From an uncultured Actinomycetota bacterium (lineage in GTDB: Bacteria > Actinomycetota > Actinomycetes > Mycobacteriales > CADCTP01), in the NCBI GenBank assembly GCA_963785005.1, contig CAWATS010000007.1, positions 1,059,791 through 1,123,790 on the forward strand: a DNA stretch of 64,000 bases, in the 5' to 3' direction. Position numbers and translations under genes: made by a program. Of the stretch, positions 10,684 through 19,335 are shown piece by piece. The notes under the pieces were generated by a model. It searched no databases. It had not been told where the DNA came from and saw nothing but the letters and a program-made list of their open reading frames with translations. How positions within the stretch are numbered: the stretch's first letter is position 1; each line of letters starts with the position of its first letter.

Positions 10684-11553
10684 TCAGGCCGGCCGCAGCG
10701 CGGCGCCGACCTCGGCGAAGGCGGCGTGCAGGGCGCGGTCCCACGGCCGGAGCCCGGGCAGGCCGGCCGCCCGCCAGGCCGCGTCGGACAGCACCGAGTA
10801 CGCCGGCCGGGGCGCCGGCCGGGGGAACGCGCCGGTGCCGGTCGGGCGGACCCGGTCCGGGTCGGCGCCGATCTCGGCGAAGACCGCGCGGGCCAGCCCG
10901 TACCAGGTCGTCCCGCCGGCGTTGGTGCAGTGGTAGACGCCCGGGGCCGCGGCCGAGCCGGCCAGCGCGACCAGGCCGGCGGCCAGGTCCCGCGACCAGG
11001 TCGGCGAGCCGCGCTGGTCGTCGACCACGTCCAGCGTCTCCCGCTCGCCGGCCAGCCGGACGACGGTCTTGACGAAGTTGCCGCCGGTCTCGCCGTACAC
11101 CCACGCCGTCCGGACCACCCAGGACCGCTCCGGCAGCAGCCGGCGGACCGCCACCTCGCCGGCCAGCTTGGTCCGCCCGTACGCCGAGCGGGGGCCGACC
11201 GGCGCGTCCACCTCGTACGGCGTCGTCGCGGCGCCGTCGAAGACGTAGTCCGTGGACACGTGCAGGAGCCGGCCCCCGTGCAGCGCGCAGGCCCGGGCCA
11301 GGTGCGCCGGGGCGTCGGCGTTGACCGCGGCGGCGGCCGCCTCGTCGGCCTCGGCGGCGTCGACCGCCGTGTACGCCGCGGCGTTGAGGACCACGTCCGG
11401 CCGCACGTCGAGGACGGCCTTCTCCACCGCGGCCGGGTCGGTGACGTCCAGCTCGGCCCTGGCCAGCCCGACGGTCTCGTGCGGCGAGCCGGCGAGCACC
11501 CGCAGCAGGTCGGCCCCGAGCTGGCCGCCGGCTCCGGCGACCAGCAGCCTCAC
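10684..11553 (-). CDS. rmlD: dTDP-4-dehydrorhamnose reductase
   Basis: 'LLVAGAGGQLG', 'STDYVFDG' and 'YGRTKLAGE'. GTG start overlaps the rmlB stop (GTGA). Confidence 0.9.
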   Translation of the reverse strand: MRLLVAGAGGQLGADLLRVLAGSPHETVGLARAELDVTDPAAVEKAVLDVRPDVVLNAAAYTAVDAAEADEAAAAAVNADAPAHLARACALHGGRLLHVSTDYVFDGAATTPYEVDAPVGPRSAYGRTKLAGEVAVRRLLPERSWVVRTAWVYGETGGNFVKTVVRLAGERETLDVVDDQRGSPTWSRDLAAGLVALAGSAAAPGVYHCTNAGGTTWYGLARAVFAEIGADPDRVRPTGTGAFPRPAPRPAYSVLSDAAWRAAGLPGLRPWDRALHAAFAEVGAALRPA

Positions 11554-12533
11554 GAGCCGCGGGCCTTCAGCGGCTCCCACCAGGCCCGGTTGTCCCGGTA
11601 CCAGCGCACCGTCTCGGCCAGCCCGTCCTCGAACGAGTGCCGCGGCCGGTAGCCCAGCGCGGCCAGCTTGCGGTGGTCGACCGAGTAGCGCCGGTCGTGC
11701 CCGAGCCGGTCGGTGACGTACTCGACGGACTCCCAGCCGGTGCCGGTCGCCTCCAGCAGCAGCCCGGTCAGCTCCTTGTTGGTCAGCTCCCGACCGCCGC
11801 CGATGTTGTAGTACTCCCCCGGCGCGCCCTGCTCGAGCACCAGCTGGACGCCCCGGCAGTGGTCGTCGACGTGCAGCCAGTCGCGGACGTTGAGCCCGTC
11901 GCCGTAGAGCGGGACCGGGCGGCCGTCGATCAGGTTGGTCACGAACAGCGGGATGACCTTCTCCGGGAACTGGTACGGCCCGTAGTTGTTCGAGCACCGG
12001 GTCACCGAGATGTCCAGCCCGTACGTGCGCGCGTACGCCCGGGCCAGCAGGTCGGCGCCCGCCTTGGCCGCCGAGTACGGCGAGTTGGGCTCCAGCAGGT
12101 GGTCCTCGGGCCAGGACCCCGCCGGGATCGTGCCGTAGACCTCGTCGGTGGAGACGTGCACGACCTTGCCGACCCGGTGCCGCAGCGCCGCCTCGAAGAC
12201 CTGCTGGGCGCCGACGAAGTTCGTCATCGCGAAGTCGGCGGCGCCGGTGATCGACCGGTCGACGTGCGTCTCGGCGGCGAAGTTGACCACCGCGTCGTGG
12301 CCGGGCAGCGCGGCCTCCAGCGCCGCCGGGTCGCAGATGTCACCGCGCACGAAGCGGTAGCGCGGGGAGTCGGCGACCGGCGCCAGGTTGGCCAGGTTGC
12401 CCGCGTAGGTGAGCTTGTCGAAGACGGTGACCTCGGCGTCCTCGTACCCCGGGTAGGCGCCGGCGAGCAGGCTGCGGACGTAGTGGGAGCCGATGAAACC
12501 GGCCCCGCCGGTGACGAACAGGCGACGCGACAC
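11550..12533 (-). CDS. rmlB: dTDP-glucose 4,6-dehydratase
   Basis: 'VTGGAGFIGSHY', 'STDEVYG', 'PYSAAKAG' and 'NNYGPYQFPEK'. Confidence 0.92.
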   Translation of the reverse strand: MSRRLFVTGGAGFIGSHYVRSLLAGAYPGYEDAEVTVFDKLTYAGNLANLAPVADSPRYRFVRGDICDPAALEAALPGHDAVVNFAAETHVDRSITGAADFAMTNFVGAQQVFEAALRHRVGKVVHVSTDEVYGTIPAGSWPEDHLLEPNSPYSAAKAGADLLARAYARTYGLDISVTRCSNNYGPYQFPEKVIPLFVTNLIDGRPVPLYGDGLNVRDWLHVDDHCRGVQLVLEQGAPGEYYNIGGGRELTNKELTGLLLEATGTGWESVEYVTDRLGHDRRYSVDHRKLAALGYRPRHSFEDGLAETVRWYRDNRAWWEPLKARGS

Positions 12534-12576
12534 GGCGACGAGTGTGCCAGACCGGCGAGCCGGACCCGGCCCGGAT

Positions 12577-12622
12577 CCGTTCGGGTCACCCTCCGGCGAC
12601 GGCCGCCCCGCCGCGCCCGTCC
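12577..12622. repeat. Copy A of a ~42-nt direct repeat (ccgttcgg-t-accctccggcgacggccgccccgccgcg)
   Basis: Near-identical to 13804..13847. Lies in the rmlB/TPR-gene divergent intergenic region. Confidence 0.85.
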
Positions 12623-12730
12623 GCCGCCGGCTGTACGGGCCCCGCGGACGATCCGGCCGTGCGACGATCGGGGACATCGAGGCAGGGACCGGGACTGCGC
12701 GGTCCGCTCCGGATCAAGGAGACGAGGCCG

Positions 12731-13732
12731 GTGCGATTCAGGCGGAGTCCGTCGGGCGGCGGGTCGGACGACGGACCCGGCCGGGAAGCCGGGAGCGACG
12801 GACCGGAGCAGCGGTACGACCGGCTGTCCGGGCAGGCGACTCTGGCCGCCCAGCAGGGCCGGCACGAGGAGGCCCGGCAGCTCTCCGCGGAGGCGCTGGA
12901 CGTCTGCCGCCGCCTGTCCGCGCAGTTCCCGGACGACCCGCGGCATCGGCCGGTCCTCGCTGCCGCGCTCTACAACCACGCCGGCCGGCTCGGCCGCGCG
13001 CGGGCCGAGGAGGCGCTCGGACTGCTGGCCGAGGCGGAGGAGCACTACCTGGCGCTGGCCGACTCCCAGCCGCGCCGCTTCGCCGTACGGCGGCTCGACG
13101 TGCTGACCCGGACCGGGCGGACACTGCAGGACTCCGGCGACCCGGCCGGCGCGGTGCAGCGCTACCGGCAGGCACTGCGCGCCTACCCGGAGGCGCCCAC
13201 CGACGACGAGGTCGAGCGCGACCTCGGGCTGGCCCGGGCGCACTTCGGCCTCGGCCGCTGCCTGCTGCTGTCCGGCCCGCCGGCGGCGGCGCTGGAGGAC
13301 CTCGACGCCGGGCTCTTCACCGCGGAGCGGGTGCGCGAGGAGCAAGGCATCGAGGCCACCCAGTTCTCCTGGCTGGCGCGGGCGCCGCTGTCGTTCCGCC
13401 TCGCCGCCCCGGACTGGATGTCCGGCGCGGTCTGCGCGATGGAGCTGCACCACGCGGCCGGCCGCTTCGGCATCGCCGGGGACGCGGCGAACATCGCCCT
13501 CCGGGTCGCCGGCGGGCTGGGCGCGATCGGCGGCGCCGCCGAGCAGGCTCGGTTCGAGGCGATCCTCGCCCGCGCCCAGCAGGTCGGGTGGGACGCCGAG
13601 AGCCCGTTGCGAGCCGCCGCCGAGCGCGCCGGCCCGTACGGCGAGGTGCTGGTCGGCGGCGGCTCGGTGCTACTGGGCGGTCAACGCGAGCCGGACGTCC
13701 CCGCGATGCTCCGCCTCGCCGGCTGGGCCTGA
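12731..13732 (+). CDS. Hypothetical protein, TPR/helical-repeat-like
   Basis: High-GC3 ORF. AAGGAG RBS lies 9 nt before GTG 12731. Alanine/leucine-rich helical repeats; no motif recognised. Confidence 0.6.
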   Translation: MRFRRSPSGGGSDDGPGREAGSDGPEQRYDRLSGQATLAAQQGRHEEARQLSAEALDVCRRLSAQFPDDPRHRPVLAAALYNHAGRLGRARAEEALGLLAEAEEHYLALADSQPRRFAVRRLDVLTRTGRTLQDSGDPAGAVQRYRQALRAYPEAPTDDEVERDLGLARAHFGLGRCLLLSGPPAAALEDLDAGLFTAERVREEQGIEATQFSWLARAPLSFRLAAPDWMSGAVCAMELHHAAGRFGIAGDAANIALRVAGGLGAIGGAAEQARFEAILARAQQVGWDAESPLRAAAERAGPYGEVLVGGGSVLLGGQREPDVPAMLRLAGWA

Positions 13733-13803
13733 CGTTCGTGCGAGTCGGTGTCGCTCAGGCGACACGAAGTGGCACGAACCCTCAGCCGGACGGGGGCGCG
13801 GTG

Positions 13804-13847
13804 CCGTTCGGTTACCCTCCGGCGACGGCCGCCCCGCCGCGTCCGCG
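13804..13847. repeat. Copy B of the ~42-nt direct repeat
   Basis: Matches 12577..12622 with about 3 differences. Lies about 70 nt upstream of the LCP gene ATG. Confidence 0.85.
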
Positions 13848-13889
13848 CGTAAACGTGGGCCGGGCGTCGCTCGTCTTCTCAGGCGAGGA

Positions 13890-13913
13890 CCCCGCGCCGC
13901 CGGCGGCGCGGGG
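13890..13913. promoter_or_regulatory. Perfect 24-nt palindrome (ccccgcgccgcc/ggcggcgcgggg) ending 2 nt before the ATG at 13916
   Basis: Read directly: the 12+12 nt arms are exact reverse complements with no loop. Function unknown. Confidence 0.5.
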
Positions 13914-13915
13914 CA

Positions 13916-15649
13916 ATGCTGCAGACGAGGAGCCGCGCGACCGTGACCAGGCCGAGAGACCCGTGGGGGGACCGGGACCCGGAGCCGTGGGGCGACCAGC
14001 GGCGGCTGCCGCCCGAGCTGGACCCCCGCCGCGGCCAGCGGCCGGGCGGTGGCCGGCCGGCCGGGCCCGGCGGCCCGCCGCCCCGGCGCGACGCCGACCC
14101 GGCCGGGAGCACGGCGGCTGGGACGGTCGCGCGGGCTGGGATCGGGACGACCGCTTCGACCTCGGGGCGCCGGGTGGACCCCCCGGCCCGGGCAGTCGGG
14201 GACCGGGTGGGCCGGGCGGGCGCGGCCCGGCTGGCCCCGGCGGGGGCGACCGGGACCCGCGGCCGCGCGGGCGGGCCGGCCCGGTGCTGGCCGGCCTGCG
14301 GTTCGCCGCGGCGATCCTCTCGGTGCTGGTGCTGGTCCTCAGCGGCCTGATGTGGTTCCTCTACCGCGACTTCACCGGCAAGGTCGACCGGGTCAACGCG
14401 ATCGGCCGCACCGTCGACGACGTCGACGGCCGCGACCAGAACATCCTGCTGGTCGGCAGCGACGACCGGACCAACGCGAGCCCGCAGGAGCTGGCCGAGC
14501 TCAGCACCACGAACGCGAGCACGAACAGCACCGACACGATGATCCTGGTGCACGTCCCGGCCGACGGCCGGCAGGCGACCGCGGTCTCCTTCCCGCGCGA
14601 CTCGTACGTGGAGATCCCCGGTTTCGGCCGCAAGAAGCTCAACGCCGCGTACATCAACGGCGCCCTCGACGGCGGCAACGGCAAGCCGGACGCGGACCGT
14701 GGCCGGCAGCTGCTGGTGCAGACGATCAGCGAGCTGTCCGGGCTGAAGGTCGACCACTACGTCGAGGTGGACCTGCTCGGCTTCTACCGGATCACCAAGG
14801 CGATCGGCGGCGTCGAGGTGTGCCTGCGCGAGGCGCAGCGGGAACGCGACTCCGGCATCGACCTGCCGGCCGGCAGGTCGGTCATCGAGGGCAAGCAGGC
14901 GCTCGCGTTCGTCCGGCAGCGCAAGGGCCTGCCCGGCGGCGACCTGGACCGGATCGCCCGCCAGCAGGCGTTCCTCGGCGCCACCTTCCGCAAGATGACC
15001 AGCGTCGGCGTGCTCGGCAACCCGATCAAGCTCAAGCGGCTGCTGGACGCGGTCGGCAGCTCGCTGCGGATGGACGCCGAGCTGGACCCGCTGCAGCTGG
15101 CCCGGCAGGTGCGCGGGCTGGCCGCCGGCAACGTCGAGTTCAAGACCATCCCGACCGCGGGCAGCGCCTCCCGCGACGGGCAGTCGGTGGTGCTGCTGGA
15201 CGAGGAGAAGCTGCCGGGGTTCTTCCGGTCGATCTGCGAACCCGCCGCCGCCGAAGGCGCCGGTCAAGCTGGTGGCGCGCGACCAGGTGACGGTGGACGT
15301 CTTCAACGGCACCGGCCGGTCCGGGCTCGCCGGCACCACCGCGGACCGGCTGCGGAGCGCCGGGTTCGGCGTCGGCGGCACCGGCAACGCCGACCGGCGG
15401 GACTACAGCCGGACGGAGATCCGGTACGACCCGTCGCGGGAGGCACAGGCGCGGACGCTGGCGGCGGCCGTGCCGGGCGCGGTGCTGGTCGAGCGGTCCG
15501 GCATCGGGGAGTCCGTCCAGCTGGTGGTCGGCGCCGGCTTCGGCGGTGTCGGGTCCGCCGGCTCCGGCGGGGCGGCCCCGGCAGCTGCGCCCGCCGCGAA
15601 GGACCAGGCCCCGGCCCGCACCGCCGCCGACACCGGCTGCATCAACTGA
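13916..15649 (+). pseudogene. LytR-CpsA-Psr (LCP) family cell-wall glycopolymer ligase with LytR_C domain; the reading frame is broken
   Basis: TM helix 'FAAAILSVLVLVLSGLMWFLY', and LCP core 'NILLVGSDDR...DTMILVHV...SFPRDSYVEIPG...KLNAAY...ALAFVRQRKGLPGGDLDRIARQQ'. The C-terminal LytR_C domain ('VTVDVFNGTGRSGLAG') is in another frame, with the switch at ~15235-15245. The W/D/R-rich N-terminal tail from ATG 13916 is also in another frame, with a switch somewhere in 14090-14290. Confidence 0.72.
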
Positions 15650-15661
15650 CCCCCGCCCCTC

Positions 15662-15729
15662 TGCGCCGATCTTGACGTTACGGAGCCCTTCCACGGCGTG
15701 TCGCACTCCGTAAGGTCAAGATCGGCGCA
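15662..15729. repeat. REP/MITE-like extended hairpin: 24-nt arms with 1 mismatch and a 20-nt loop
   Basis: 'tgcgccgatcttgacgttacggag' at 15662-15685 pairs with 'ctccgtaaggtcaagatcggcgca' at 15706-15729. Lower-GC intergenic spacer between the LCP and TIGR03089-like genes. Confidence 0.8.
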
Positions 15730-15764
15730 AGCTCCCGGCAGAGCGTGGCCTAGGGTGACCGACC

Positions 15765-16514
15765 GTGGCCGCTCCTGACGCCCTGCTCGCCGCCGCGCTC
15801 GTCCGCGACCCGGCCGGGCCGCTGCTGACCTTCTACGACGACGCGACCGGCGAGCGGACGGAGCTGTCCTCGACCTCGCTCGTCAACTGGGTCGCCAAGA
15901 CGGCGAACCTGCTCCGCGACGACGTCGGCGCCGTGCCGGGCGACCGGGTCGCGGTGCTGCTGCCCGCGCACTGGCAGGCCGCGGCCGTGCTGCTCGGCGC
16001 CTGGTCGGCCGCCGCGGTGGTGGGCGTCGAGCCGGCCGGGACGGCGGCCGCCTTCGCCGCGCCGGACCGGGTGGCCGCCGCCGCCGGTGCCGGGGAGGTC
16101 TTCGCGCACTCCCTCGCCCCGCTCGGCCGCGGCTTCGCGGACGGCCCGCCGGCCGGCACCCGGGACTACGCGGCCGAGGTCCGCACCCAGGGCGACCGGT
16201 GGGCCGGCCCGCCGGTGGCCGACGACGCGCCCGCGCTGGAGACCGCGGACGGCACCGTCGCCGCGGGCGACCTGGTCGAGATCGCGTTGCGCCGGGCGGC
16301 CGAGCTCGGCCTGCTCGTCGGCGACCGGGTGCTGTCCACGGCGCCCTGGTCCGGCCCGACCGGCTGGGTCGACGGGCTGCTGGTCCCGCTGGCGGCCGGC
16401 GCGAGCGTGGTGCTGGTCGCCAACCCCGACCCGACGACGCTGCCCGCGAAGGTGCTGGCCGAGCGGGTGACGGCCACCCAGGGCGTCGAGGTGCCCGGCG
16501 TCCGCCCCCTCTGA
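15765..16514 (+). CDS. Conserved actinobacterial TIGR03089-like protein (adenylate-forming-enzyme-like N-terminal fold)
   Basis: 'LLTFYDDATGERTELSSTSLVNWVAKTANLLRD' resembles the TIGR03089 family as I recall it. Sits beside the LCP/rml genes. Confidence 0.7.
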   Translation: MAAPDALLAAALVRDPAGPLLTFYDDATGERTELSSTSLVNWVAKTANLLRDDVGAVPGDRVAVLLPAHWQAAAVLLGAWSAAAVVGVEPAGTAAAFAAPDRVAAAAGAGEVFAHSLAPLGRGFADGPPAGTRDYAAEVRTQGDRWAGPPVADDAPALETADGTVAAGDLVEIALRRAAELGLLVGDRVLSTAPWSGPTGWVDGLLVPLAAGASVVLVANPDPTTLPAKVLAERVTATQGVEVPGVRPL

Positions 16515-16623
16515 CCCTCCCGCCGTCCTTCCCGCCCCGCCCGTCCCGGTGTGGGGCGGCACCGCTGATCGGGGCCCGGCCCACTCGCTAGAGTCGGTGG
16601 GAGAGCTCACCGAGGAGGCGTGC

Positions 16624-18076
<1,453 letters not shown>

Positions 18077-18080
<4 letters not shown>

Positions 18081-18907
18081 CCTTCTCGATCGTCGCGCGC
18101 GACCCCGCGTCCGGGCAGCTCGGCGTCGCCGTCGCGACCTGCACGCTGGCCGTCGGCCGAGCGGCGCCGTGGGCGCGGGCCGGCATCGGCGCGGTCGCCA
18201 CCCAGGCCTCCTCCAACCGCGGCTACGGGCCGCGCCTGCTGGACCGGCTGGCGGCCGGCTCGCCGGCCGCCGCCGCGCTGGACGAGCTGCTCGCCGCCGA
18301 CCCGGACGCCGGCCAGCGACAGGTCGGCGTCCTGGGCCGGACCGGAGCGCCGGCCGCCTGGACCGGCGGCGACTGCCTGTCCGCGTGCGGGCACGTCACC
18401 GGCTCGGACTTCGCCGCCCAGGGCAACATGCTGGCGTCCCGGTCGGTGCTCCCCTCGGTGGCGGACGGCTTCGCCGAGACCGCCGCGGACCTCGCCGGCC
18501 GGCTGGTCGCCGCGCTGCGGGCCGGCGACGAGGCCGGCGGGGACCTGCGCGGGCGGCAGTCCGCCGCGCTGCTGGTCGTCGCCGGGCGGCGGGACGACGC
18601 GGCGCCGTGGGAGGGCGTGCTGGTCGACCTGCGGGTCGACGACGCCCCCGACCCGGTCGGCGAGCTGCGCCGGCTGCTGCGGCTGCAGCGGGCGTACGAG
18701 ACCGGAGACTGGGCGCTGCTCGCCGACGAGGCGCCGGCTGGCGTCCGGGACCTGCACGCGGCGCTCGCCGCCGCCGCCCGCGGCGACCGGGACGGCGCCC
18801 GGGACGCGCTGCGGGCGCTGCGGGAACGGCCCGGCTGGGACGGCTGGCTGCGCCGGCTGCGGGTGAACGGGCGGCTGCCCGCGACCGACGAGCTGCTGCG
18901 CTACTGA
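18077..18907 (+). CDS. DUF1028 family (Ntn-hydrolase-like) protein
   Basis: '[22 protein letters not shown]...GAVATQA' N-terminal signature. ATGA overlap with scoB. Confidence 0.8.
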
Positions 18908-18911
18908 ATCT

Positions 18912-19220
18912 CCGGGGGCGGCCCCCGGACCCCCGGGCGGGCGCTCCCGCTGGCTGGTGGCGGTGACCACCGGGCTCACCCAACGAGCCCCGCCGGGGGC
19001 GGGGACCCCGGTGGCTTGGCACAGCGAACCGGATCCTCGGACACCGTGGTCACGCTCGGCAGTCAGGTCGCCGGGGCCCCGGACCCCCGGGCGGGCGCTT
19101 CCGCTGGCTGGTCGCGGTGATCACCGGGCTCACCCAACGAGCCCCGCCGGGGGCGGGGACCCCGGCGGCCTGGCACAGCGAACCGGGTCCCGGACACGGC
19201 CGTGGTCGCCTCGGACCGCG
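18912..19220. repeat. Two tandem copies of a ~154-bp non-coding unit (~90 % identical by eye) carrying GC-only hairpins
   Basis: 'ggacccccgggcgggcgct' starts at 18927 and again at 19081. Collinear similarity runs through '...ggcacagcgaacc'. 'ccgggggcgg' motifs occur at 18912, 18993, (19071) and 19147. Confidence 0.85.
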
Positions 19221-19255
19221 GGTCGCGATCTGGCGGTCGACGGGGTGCGGCCCGG

Positions 19256-19295
19256 GTGCACGTGCATAGCTGCTCGGCGCGGCATGCACGTGCAT
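19256..19295. promoter_or_regulatory. Twin 12-nt palindromes (g/a)TGCACGTGCAT, 28 bp centre to centre, upstream of the GGDEF gene
   Basis: 19256-19267 is 'gtgcacgtgcat' and 19284-19295 is 'atgcacgtgcat' (perfect palindrome). A TAGGCT -10-like hexamer follows at ~19302. Confidence 0.5.
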
Positions 19296-19335
19296 CCGGA
19301 GGTAGGCTCGCGCGCGGGGCGAGGGGAAGGGTGCG

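Noticed and set aside
15272-15649. LytR_C domain as an independent 125-aa gene starting at GTG 15272
   Set aside because: It has no signal or TM of its own. The upstream frame encodes a matching Pro-rich linker ('PPPPKAPVKLV'), and the LCP frame would otherwise have to overlap it completely in a poor-codon frame. A frame break in one gene is more parsimonious.
18912-19220. The 154-bp tandem units as a repeated coding domain or a known riboswitch
   Set aside because: The period is not a multiple of three, and the two copies translate in different frames. I could not match the sequence to any riboswitch consensus I know (glycine, SAM, cobalamin, c-di-GMP, ydaO). It is kept as an unexplained structured repeat.
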